Below, in pieces: positions 19,801 to 27,525 of a DNA stretch of 64,000 nt. How positions within the stretch are numbered: the stretch's first letter is position 1; the number at the start of each line of letters is the position of its first letter. The DNA is from Deltaproteobacteria bacterium (GTDB lineage: Bacteria; Myxococcota_A; UBA9042; DTJE01): positions 9,782 through 73,781 of the forward strand of contig JAKPTZ010000001.1 of NCBI GenBank assembly GCA_029555025.1, given 5' to 3'. The translations under genes were made by a program, and so were the position numbers. The notes beneath the pieces were generated by a model that saw only the letters and a list, made by a program, of their open reading frames with translations, was not told the origin of the DNA and ran no database searches.

Positions 19801-20132
19801 TCGCCGAGGCCCGCATTGTCCTGGTGCCGGGCGCGACCGGAACAGAGGTCGGCATTCAGATCGAGACGCCGCTTTTCATCGATATTGAAGTCGCCCAGAT
19901 TGCCGGGGGGCTTGTCGGTGCCGAAGACACGATCAGCTCGCTGATCCGGACGGTCGCCCTTCCGATGGTTCTTGATCTTCTGTCCGGGGACACGCTGGCT
20001 TCGTTCCAGCTTCCAAGCATCGACTTGAGCTCGCTGGCCGAGGGATTCCCGGCCGGGTCGGTGATCGAAATCGACATGAAGGAAGTCAATCGTTCCAGGG
20101 GCGCGACCATAGTTCTTGGCAATGTGAAGTAA
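16884..20132 (+). CDS. Cys-rich repeat lipoprotein with C-terminal BPI/LBP/CETP-like (TULIP) two-lobed region, paralog 1
   Basis: GTG start with AGGAGG 6 nt upstream and a lipobox (ALLSGC). An acidic linker is followed by about 14 units of the type CDDGNxCTxDxC....GC.H / CDDGDPCTxxDxC..G.C at roughly 17115-18350. A short beta-sandwich-like segment follows. The last 477 aa (18699-20129) show BPI-like landmarks (see findings). Confidence 0.85.
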   Translation: MRTGTAFVIAVIFALLSGCGGSNPASDNGLPEDTASDYIIGSDLNGQDVRLDTISPDGTGLDGEESDSSRDQGLPPEPCRPGESCDDHDPCTIDDLCDDDEECAGTPVEDCDDGIECTFDECTTETDCSHELKPGWCFVAGKCIEDGQSDPAVICRSCQTALKTDELLPDDNMTCDDGDACTVNDRCHEGFCIADARDCGDRNSCTADMCVNGSCVNEAVEGMCNDEDLCTENDLCVDGQCVGSPIGCWDQNPCTQDACHPDFGCVHEFLDIPCDDGNICSVGDRCWLGNCLSGDGMKDCDDGNQCTDDGCVPVREGGCVHIPNTAPCDDGDPCTLEDKCKASSCDPGKGVLDCDDGNPCTTDRCEKGTGCVHDNNTVPCDDEDPCTLDDVCGGGVCNPGVTQLACDDGNECTSDFCEAGIGCVYENNLNICDDDNVCTNVSTCMDGVCIGESAVDCGDDDSCTLDYCLPTGDAPGCYHKPLPECRPQIVIDYPPRASTLSKKTGDQIVVRGHIEYPPNAIQEDGYPSPEMAMSKVVVNGLDVWVDPRTKPWSFQSTMTLQQGMNPIVAYGQANAVPAYKDYVVQSLYYSDSWFPVSHANPAAGMVSDGVKIFLGKTVWDDNNTATADDIATLLTNILKTLSLSTLIKNPVTKGEFGWCDYKVNLKNMKYGTPSIDLIPDWGKIKVKVVIPRFSVDIDVPISGFACPDFSGDASATSITINADLNLAIDPQGKPLATISNPDVVVSGLDVDVDGIWGFLFNWIIDFFEDNFADMIEDEFETQLAGQLSELVRGAVADLALDPEFPVPELLPGMTPVTLQMKSKFSTISITPEGSDIGLAAVVLPDAAQTPPAVLLGSIGRGACLGTDPGIPAFPHTYEMGLMAKDDFLNEALYAIWASNGLKIPVGPEMLGDFDLSEFGISNLSLNVDFQLPPLISDCNLEHKMFFEAGDIRVNAGMKLLGSQVDMVMYASLIAEARIVLVPGATGTEVGIQIETPLFIDIEVAQIAGGLVGAEDTISSLIRTVALPMVLDLLSGDTLASFQLPSIDLSSLAEGFPAGSVIEIDMKEVNRSRGATIVLGNVK

Positions 20133-20174
20133 CGGCTTCGACGTCCGAAGTCCTGCCGAATGGAGAAACGACCG

Positions 20175-23100
20175 ATGAGAAGAGTGCCGTTTGGTTCAAT
20201 GCTGGCCGCGATGATCCTTGCGATTCCGGCAATCACGGGTTGTGGCGGAACCGTCGATCCCGGACAGGATCTGGTTCAGCCGGAAGACGTGTCCGGGAAC
20301 GACGTCATTTCGCCCGAGGATGTTGAAGACATTTTCGATGCAGGGCGTGACGCGGCCGTGCCGGATGTCGGAACGGATCAGGGCCAGGAAACAGGTGGGC
20401 CCGATATCGCGCTGCCCGATTGTCCTTCCGGCCAGGCGTGCGATGACGGCGATTCGTGCACCATCAACGATCAGTGCCAGTCCGACGGCGAGACGTGCGT
20501 CGGAATCGTCGTGGAATCTTGCAGCGACAACCTGGCCTGCACTTATGATTCGTGTGTTTCCGAAACCGAGTGCACCAACGAGCTGAAGCCGGGATGGTGC
20601 CTGGTTGAAGGCGAATGCATCGAGGATGGCGAGTTCTCGGCGGCACAACCCTGCATGTCCTGCATCACCGCCCTGGGAACCGATCGTCTTTTCCCGGACG
20701 ACGCCGGCGTCTGCGACGACGGGAACGCCTGCACGACCGGCGACGCATGTCATGCGGGCGCCTGTGTCGGGGTCGCCATGGACTGCGACGACGGCAATCC
20801 GTGCACGACGGATGTGTGTGACAACGGAACCTGTCTTAACAACGCGACGGACGGTGCCGCGTGCGACGACGGCAATCGCTGCACTTTCGACGACATCTGC
20901 ACGATGAACGTCTGCGGCGGAACTGCGGTCGAGTGCGATGACGGTAATCTTTGCACCGACGATTCATGCGACCCGGAGTTCGGATGCATGAATATCAACA
21001 ACGAAGCCGGTTGCGACGACGGCAACCTGTGCACCGTCGGCGATACCTGTTTCCTTGGCGAGTGCGCGTCGGGAACGGAACCGCTTTTCTGCGACGATTC
21101 AAACATCTGTACCGATGACGGTTGCGTGCCGTCGAAGGGTTGCGTGGCGATACCGAATACGAGCCCGTGCGACGACGGTGATCCCTGTACCGTCAACGAC
21201 TTCTGCCAGGCTTCGGAATGCCTGGCCGGCAAGTTGCCCCTGGATTGCGACGACAACAACCTTTGCACCGATGAGGTCTGCACGAAAGGCATCGGCTGCG
21301 AGTACACGAACAACGAACTCGAGTGTGACGACAACAACGAGTGCACGGTTGGCGACACGTGCGGCGGCGGAACCTGCCGGCCCGGCGTCGGCGAACTCTT
21401 CTGCGATGACGGCAACGTCTGCACCGACGACGCCTGCGTGATTGGCGAAGGCTGCGTCAACGTCCCGAACAATGACGAGTGCGAAGACAACAACGTCTGC
21501 ACCGGCATGGGAACATGCGTTGACGGCTCGTGTCAGCGGGGATCTTACAACTACGACTGCGACGATGGTTTGCAGTGCACCGCCGATTCCTGCCACCCGG
21601 TTGACGGATGCCAGCACAGCCTGGTCAACAGCGCCGACTGCCGTCCACAGGCCGTCATCGACTTCCCGGAAAGGGCCGCCACGCTCAACGGCGCCAGGGA
21701 CATCACGGTAACCGGCCATGTCGATCTGGGACTTGACGGAATCCCGGTTCCGTTCGTGACCATTAACGGTAACCAGTACGCCCTTGGACTCGATGGAAGG
21801 TTTTCAGCTCCCAGAACTTCCGACCAGGGATTCAACGGCCTGGTAGTCGAGGTCGAAGACATCAACGGCATGAAGGATCGCGTGGTTCAGTCGTACTACT
21901 ACTCGACCGAATGGTTCCCGTTCAGTGAAACCGACCCGTCGGTTTCGAATGTAAACGACGGTCTTGTGCTTTTCATTGGCCCCGAGGTCTGGGACGACAA
22001 CGACACCTCCACTTACGACGACGTCGCAACGATTATCTCGACTTTCGTCGATGACATCGATCTGATGTCGATGATTTCGAACCCGGTCGAGGAGGGTGAC
22101 GACGGCTTCGTGTGCGGCGATCATCGAATCAACATCAACAGCATCACCTTCGGAACGATTGCGGTTGATCTGACGCCGGTAAACGGCGGGCTTTACATGA
22201 AGGTGACAATCCCGAACATCAAGATCGGCATCAGTGGAAAGTACTGCCACGTCAACTTCTCGGGCACCGCGAACGCAAGCAGCATCGTGGTCAACTCGAC
22301 CCTGAACATCTCGATCGATCCGGCCACCGGCAAGCCGGTAATCGCCATGACTGGAACCAATTCCAGCGTCAACGGGTTGTCAATCAATATCAATAACTTC
22401 CCGGGCTTCCTTGAAGACATCCTGATGTTCTTCCTTGAAGACACGCTGACCGGCATGATCGAGGACACCATCGAGGATCAGATTGCTGGGCTGATTCCGG
22501 ATCTTCAGGAAGCACTCGAGGGGCTGGCGATCGACCAGACCTTCGAGATTCCAGCGCTTTTCGACGGCGGTTCGCCGATGACGGTTACCCTTGATTCCGG
22601 TCTTTCGTCCATCGTCTTCACGCCGGCCGGCGGCACGCTGGGAATGAAGGCCGCCTTCAGTGCCCCGAAGGGAACCACGCACGAGAAGCTGGGCTCGTTG
22701 GGGCGTGCCAATTGCCTGCTTGGCGGTCTTGAGGCGAAGCCGGTGTTCCCGGTCGGTCCCAGTTCGCCCCAGCTTGAGCTTGGATTGAAGGACGATCTGC
22801 TGAACGAACTGGTATTCGCCCTTTACTGGGGTGGCGCACTCAATCTGCCGATTCCGGCGGAAATGCTTGGCGATTCCCTGGGTGACTACGGCATCACCGA
22901 CATGGTCGCGAACATCGATTTCCTGTTGCCGCCCGTCCTTTCGGCCTGCAATTCGCAGGGCATCCTGAAGGTTGCCGTCGGCGACGTGATGCTGGACGCG
23001 ACCTTGAAACTGTTCGGAGCTCCGCTGACCATGAAGATTTATGTCAGCCTGATGGCCGGGGCCAACATCATAGCCCGTCAGACCGAGACCGGTTCGACGA

Positions 23101-23390
23101 TGCTCGGCGTTGCGGTCAACTATCCGGACTTCATCGACATGGAGATCGCGAGTCTGGTCGGGAACCTTTCCGGGGCCGAGGACACGATCAAGGGGCTGGT
23201 CATGGACACGCTGCTGCCAAGCCTGCTCGGCACGCTTGACGGCGTCACGCCGCTGGTCGAATTCGAGATCCCGGCAATCGACATGTCTTCGTTCATCGAC
23301 GGCGTGCCGGCCGGTTCCGAGTTGAGCATCATGGTAAGGGAAGTTCTGCGCGCCGGGGCGTACACCGTCGCGTCGGGCACGGTTCAGTAG
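20175..23390 (+). CDS. Cys-rich repeat lipoprotein with C-terminal BPI/LBP/CETP-like region, paralog 2
   Basis: ORF 20160..23390. The ATG at 20175 has GGAGA 8 nt upstream (MRRVPFGSMLAAMILAIPAITGC lipobox). The architecture matches paralog 1 and stays collinear through the C-terminal region (21951-23387). Confidence 0.85.
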   Translation: MRRVPFGSMLAAMILAIPAITGCGGTVDPGQDLVQPEDVSGNDVISPEDVEDIFDAGRDAAVPDVGTDQGQETGGPDIALPDCPSGQACDDGDSCTINDQCQSDGETCVGIVVESCSDNLACTYDSCVSETECTNELKPGWCLVEGECIEDGEFSAAQPCMSCITALGTDRLFPDDAGVCDDGNACTTGDACHAGACVGVAMDCDDGNPCTTDVCDNGTCLNNATDGAACDDGNRCTFDDICTMNVCGGTAVECDDGNLCTDDSCDPEFGCMNINNEAGCDDGNLCTVGDTCFLGECASGTEPLFCDDSNICTDDGCVPSKGCVAIPNTSPCDDGDPCTVNDFCQASECLAGKLPLDCDDNNLCTDEVCTKGIGCEYTNNELECDDNNECTVGDTCGGGTCRPGVGELFCDDGNVCTDDACVIGEGCVNVPNNDECEDNNVCTGMGTCVDGSCQRGSYNYDCDDGLQCTADSCHPVDGCQHSLVNSADCRPQAVIDFPERAATLNGARDITVTGHVDLGLDGIPVPFVTINGNQYALGLDGRFSAPRTSDQGFNGLVVEVEDINGMKDRVVQSYYYSTEWFPFSETDPSVSNVNDGLVLFIGPEVWDDNDTSTYDDVATIISTFVDDIDLMSMISNPVEEGDDGFVCGDHRININSITFGTIAVDLTPVNGGLYMKVTIPNIKIGISGKYCHVNFSGTANASSIVVNSTLNISIDPATGKPVIAMTGTNSSVNGLSININNFPGFLEDILMFFLEDTLTGMIEDTIEDQIAGLIPDLQEALEGLAIDQTFEIPALFDGGSPMTVTLDSGLSSIVFTPAGGTLGMKAAFSAPKGTTHEKLGSLGRANCLLGGLEAKPVFPVGPSSPQLELGLKDDLLNELVFALYWGGALNLPIPAEMLGDSLGDYGITDMVANIDFLLPPVLSACNSQGILKVAVGDVMLDATLKLFGAPLTMKIYVSLMAGANIIARQTETGSTMLGVAVNYPDFIDMEIASLVGNLSGAEDTIKGLVMDTLLPSLLGTLDGVTPLVEFEIPAIDMSSFIDGVPAGSELSIMVREVLRAGAYTVASGTVQ

Positions 23391-23427
23391 TTTTCGGGGC
23401 CTTTCCGGGCCCTTGCGGAGGATATAG

Positions 23428-25581
23428 ATGCGCAAGCTGCTTTTTGCTTCAATGATCGGATTCGGGATGCTCGTGGCCTGTGGACCCGGTGAATCGGGAA
23501 CCGACGAGGGCACCGGCGTTGACGTCGGCTACGAGGATGTCAATCAGCCTGTCGATAACGGCCAGGATGTCCAGCCGGACACGGCTCGTCCCGACCTGAA
23601 CCAGCCGGATGATGGTCCGGTCGATGTCGGCCAGGATCACGGGATTGATACGAATCCCGGCGATTCTGTGGTTCTTCCGGACAACGGCGACTGCCTGGCC
23701 GGCGATCCCTGTGACGACGGCAATCCGTGCACCTGGGGCGAGACATGCGGCGAGTCAGGCGAATGTGGCGGCGGCACGCACTACACCTGCGACGATGGCC
23801 GGGCCTGCACCGATGACACATGTGACGGACTTGGAAACTGCCTGTTCGTCATGAAGGCCGGAACCTGCCTGATCAACGGAATCTGCCGCGACAAAGACGC
23901 CGCGGATCCCGAGGATCCCTGTTTCGTCTGCAAGCCGGGCACAAGTGTCAGCGAATGGTCAAAGGCACCCGACGAAACCGCGTGCGACCCGACGGTAACT
24001 CTGGGACGTTGCGAGGATTCGCCCGGCGGCACCTGCGTGGACGGCGTATGCGTTGCTTCGACGATTGTGCCGAAGGGGTGCGATGACAGTGATCCGTGCA
24101 CCGAGGATTCCTGCAATCCGGCGGTCGGCTGCATCAATACGCCTGTCAGCAGCGGGGAATGCGTTCTTGAAGACAAGTGCAAGCCAGGCTACTGCTTCCA
24201 GGGCGTGTGCATCGTTCCCGAAGACAGTTCATGCGATGACGGCAACTCATGCACCCTGGATTCCTGTGACGACGTCAAGGGATGCCAGCACAGCCCGATC
24301 GAGGAAGCCGCCTGCGACGACGGCGACGAGTGCACGTTCCAGGATTCCTGTTTCGAGGGCGTGTGCAACGGCCGGCCCCAGAACTGCGACGATGGCAACG
24401 TGTGTACCGAGGACGGTTGCGACAGCATCACCGGATGCTGGCACGACCTGGCAACCAATCCCTGCTGCATCGGCGGCGTTTCCGTTTGCGACGACAATAA
24501 TCCGTGCACCAATGACGATTGCGACCCCGATACGTTCGAGTGCTTCCACAACGACAACACGGCCGCGTGCAGCGACGGGAATCCGTGCACCGTCGGCGAT
24601 TCCTGCGACGAAGGTGATTGCTTCGGCTCGGCGAAGAACTGTTCGGACGGAAATCAGTGCACTTCCGATTACTGTGACGGCGGTCTCTGCCTGCATGACA
24701 TCCTTTCCGGGACTGCCTGTGATGATGGTCGCGATTGCTCGGTCAACGATCACTGCGAGGCCGGCCTCTGCGTCGCCGACGAGTCCGGCTGTGTCTGTCA
24801 GCCGACCTTCTATCCGGCGGTGTCCAAGTTCGTAACGATGGCGATTTCGACCAACGGAAAGACCGGTTCCGGCCTCGATCTCGATATGAAGCCGACGACC
24901 TGCGCGCCCGCGGAGGATTGCTGCTGTGGCATCGATAACGCTCTTGGTCCCGTGGCCGGCATGAAGGCGGCTCAGGACGGCATCAAGGACGCCATGGCCG
25001 AGGGCAGCATCACGCTTCTGTTTGAACACCGGGAGATCAAGACCGACGGGACGCCTTATACCTTGGCGTTCTATTCCGGTGAACTGGCCCCGACAAACGA
25101 ATCCTGCAACTTCCTGACCCAGGATTGCGACTATGTTGTCGAGCCGATGATGATCACCGACGAGTGTCTGCCGCTGGTCACTTTGAACAATGCGAAGATC
25201 GTCGGCAACAAGTTGACCGCGGGCGGGCTTGATTACGTGTTCCCGTTCGACCTTCCGCTGCTTGAAGGAATCAATCTTCACGTGGATCTGTATTTCACCA
25301 GGGTGGAAGCCAACGTAACCGTGTCCGGCGGGCGTGTCACGTCCATGCAGGGCATCCTGGGCGGCGCGATTCCGAAGCAGCAGATTTCGGACGCGGTGCA
25401 GGCCGTCCCGGACGAGACATGGGCCGACCTGCCGGTTGACAAGGCAACCGTTATGATGCTGCTTGACCTGGTCGTTATTCCCGATATCGATGGCGACAAG
25501 GACGGCATCATGGAATCGGCGTCAATCGGGATTCAGTTCACTGCTATTCCAGGCGAGATCGTCGGCCGCAAGGTTGACTGA
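23428..25581 (+). CDS. Cys-rich repeat lipoprotein, paralog 3, with a different uncharacterised C-terminal domain
   Basis: ATG with GGAGGA 5 nt upstream and a lipobox (GMLVAC). It has the same acidic linker and CDDGNxCTxDxC repeat array (about 23690-24790). The C-terminal region of about 260 aa (CVCQPTFYP...EDCCCGIDNALGP...) is unrelated to the BPI-like region of paralogs 1 and 2. Confidence 0.85.
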   Translation: MRKLLFASMIGFGMLVACGPGESGTDEGTGVDVGYEDVNQPVDNGQDVQPDTARPDLNQPDDGPVDVGQDHGIDTNPGDSVVLPDNGDCLAGDPCDDGNPCTWGETCGESGECGGGTHYTCDDGRACTDDTCDGLGNCLFVMKAGTCLINGICRDKDAADPEDPCFVCKPGTSVSEWSKAPDETACDPTVTLGRCEDSPGGTCVDGVCVASTIVPKGCDDSDPCTEDSCNPAVGCINTPVSSGECVLEDKCKPGYCFQGVCIVPEDSSCDDGNSCTLDSCDDVKGCQHSPIEEAACDDGDECTFQDSCFEGVCNGRPQNCDDGNVCTEDGCDSITGCWHDLATNPCCIGGVSVCDDNNPCTNDDCDPDTFECFHNDNTAACSDGNPCTVGDSCDEGDCFGSAKNCSDGNQCTSDYCDGGLCLHDILSGTACDDGRDCSVNDHCEAGLCVADESGCVCQPTFYPAVSKFVTMAISTNGKTGSGLDLDMKPTTCAPAEDCCCGIDNALGPVAGMKAAQDGIKDAMAEGSITLLFEHREIKTDGTPYTLAFYSGELAPTNESCNFLTQDCDYVVEPMMITDECLPLVTLNNAKIVGNKLTAGGLDYVFPFDLPLLEGINLHVDLYFTRVEANVTVSGGRVTSMQGILGGAIPKQQISDAVQAVPDETWADLPVDKATVMMLLDLVVIPDIDGDKDGIMESASIGIQFTAIPGEIVGRKVD

Positions 25582-25596
25582 CCGATCGTTTCCACC

Positions 25597-26214
25597 CTAG
25601 AAGTCGCAGCCGCGTTCTTCAAACCTGGCGGATGCCTGAAGCACCTTTTCGACGTAATCGACGTTCTGGGGAAGCTCCAGATTCTGTCTGGCCCTGCCCG
25701 GCATTCCGTGGCCGGCGTTATACCCGGAAAGCCCCAGGTAGATGGAATCCTTGTAGTATTTCAGGAAGGCCTTGATTACACGGGCGCCGCAACGCAGGTT
25801 TTCGTATGGATCGTTAAGCGGCCCGCAACGTTTTGCCCTGGCCGTTGCCGGCATGCACTGGGTCAGGCCGACGGCGCCGACAGGGGATTTCACGTCGTTC
25901 CTGAAGTTGGATTCCACTCGAACGATGCCGACAAGCAGCGACGTCTCGATGTCGAATTCGCTGGCGACCCTGGTTATCAGGGGAAGGAGCTCCCGGCAGC
26001 GTTCGGTCGCCGCGCTTGTGGCCGACCCTGTCCGCGAGGCGCCCGAATTCTTGACGGTCGGTCGTTTGGAATTCAGCGATGCCGTCGGGACGTGCCTTTT
26101 CCCATGCCCGGATGCGGCGGCAACCCGGGTGCCGGAAGTTCCGGCGTGGCAGCCCGCACCAAGGCCAAGAAGGGCGATAAGAATGATCGACGGCAGTGTG
26201 ATTGCCCGTTTCAT
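25597..26214 (-). CDS. lytic transglycosylase (SLT domain) lipoprotein
   Basis: This is the C-terminal 205 aa of ORF 25597..27216(-). It has a lipobox (LLGLGAGC) and the SLT motifs VRVESNF, GLTQCMP and YNAG. The start is the ATG at 26214 (MKRAITL). The longer upstream ORF overlaps rlmI and is rejected. Confidence 0.85.
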   Translation of the reverse strand: MKRAITLPSIILIALLGLGAGCHAGTSGTRVAAASGHGKRHVPTASLNSKRPTVKNSGASRTGSATSAATERCRELLPLITRVASEFDIETSLLVGIVRVESNFRNDVKSPVGAVGLTQCMPATARAKRCGPLNDPYENLRCGARVIKAFLKYYKDSIYLGLSGYNAGHGMPGRARQNLELPQNVDYVEKVLQASARFEERGCDF

Positions 26215-26280
26215 GGTGATAATCGTAAGATCGCGCCGGGCGGAAAGCCAAGTTAAGGCCAATTTCAGGGGTGCCATCCA

Positions 26281-27471
26281 ATGTCGAACCCATCCGTGAG
26301 TGTTGCCAGGGGAAGGGCGCGTCCTTTCTGGTTTGGCTGTCCGGTCGTTTTTTCTGGATCGGTGTCGCGCGTGCAGGGAGAACCCGTTCCCGGGGATTTC
26401 GTCGATGTCCTTGATGATATGGGCCAGTTGATCGGTCGCGGGTTTTTCAATCCCGGATCTTCGTACAGGGTTCGGATTGTTGCCCGTCCCGGGGAGCCCG
26501 ACACAGCCGCTGCCATCATCGCGCGAAGGATCGCCGATGCGTTCCGGGTCAGGGCGGCTTTTGGCATTCCTTCGGATCGCACCGATGTTTACAGGCTTTT
26601 CAACAGTGAAGGCGATGGACTGTCGGGCATGACCATCGATGTCTTTTCGCGAACCGTGGTCGTGATGGAATCCGCCCTCTGGGTGTCGCGGTTCAGGCGG
26701 CTGATTGTCGAATGTCTTGAAGCTGGACTCGGGCCTGGAATCAGCGTGCTGTTCCGGGTGGTCGGCGGCATCCGCGGACTGGAATGCATCATGGCCGAAG
26801 ACGAAGGGACGGCCCCCGTGGAACCGATAAAGGTGGTTGAGAACGGGTTGGGATTCCTGACAAGGCCGGGTGCCGGCCAGAAGACCGGATTTTATGCCGA
26901 CCAACGGGAAAACAGGCTCGCCATCAGGGATCTCTGTGTTGACGCGGACGTCCTTGACCTGTTCTGTTTCAGCGGTGGGTTTGCCTTGAATGCCGCATCT
27001 GCCGGCGCGAAAAAGATTACTGCGGTCGATTCTTCCGCAGATGCAATTGCGGCTGCCGCGGCCAACGCCGCCATCAACGGCCTCGACGACCGGATTTCCT
27101 TTGTCGAGCAGGACGCACTTAAGTTCCTTGCCGGCGCTCGGGAACACGACGTGGTCGTCTGCGACCCGCCAAAGCTGGCATCGGGAAGGTCGTCCATGGA
27201 GTCCGGCCTTAAACATTACGCCCGTCTTAATGTCGCCGCGATGAAGGCTTTGAGGGACGGCGGGATTCTCGTGACATGTTCATGCTCGTCAGTCGTTCGT
27301 CGCGACATGTTCCTTGAGATGCTTCGGGACGCAGCCGTTTCGGCCGGTCGGGTGATTTCGGTACTTGACGTCAGGGGTGCCGGTCGGGATCACCCGATCA
27401 ATCCTTCCTGGACAGAGGGCGAGTACCTCAAGGTGGCGACGGTCGTGGTAAGGGATCCTTCGCGGGCTTGA
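26281..27471 (+). CDS. rlmI: SAM-dependent 23S rRNA m5C methyltransferase, RlmI-like (PUA + class I MTase)
   Basis: 396 aa. The PUA-like N-terminus reads GDFVDVLDDMGQLIGRGFFNP. It also has GFYADQRENR, the SAM-binding motif VLDLFCFSGGFAL and the catalytic-region motif VVCDPPK. Confidence 0.8.
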   Translation: MSNPSVSVARGRARPFWFGCPVVFSGSVSRVQGEPVPGDFVDVLDDMGQLIGRGFFNPGSSYRVRIVARPGEPDTAAAIIARRIADAFRVRAAFGIPSDRTDVYRLFNSEGDGLSGMTIDVFSRTVVVMESALWVSRFRRLIVECLEAGLGPGISVLFRVVGGIRGLECIMAEDEGTAPVEPIKVVENGLGFLTRPGAGQKTGFYADQRENRLAIRDLCVDADVLDLFCFSGGFALNAASAGAKKITAVDSSADAIAAAAANAAINGLDDRISFVEQDALKFLAGAREHDVVVCDPPKLASGRSSMESGLKHYARLNVAAMKALRDGGILVTCSCSSVVRRDMFLEMLRDAAVSAGRVISVLDVRGAGRDHPINPSWTEGEYLKVATVVVRDPSRA

Positions 27472-27525
27472 CGGCCCGTTCAGTCAACACTAGCATTTCG
27501 ACCGCCGAATGCTCCAGGAGTGCGC

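Noticed and set aside
26215-27216. Upstream 334 codons of the 539-aa ORF 25597..27216(-)
   Set aside because: This part overlaps rlmI on the opposite strand. The SLT protein has its own Met, lipobox signal peptide and sensible length from 26214.
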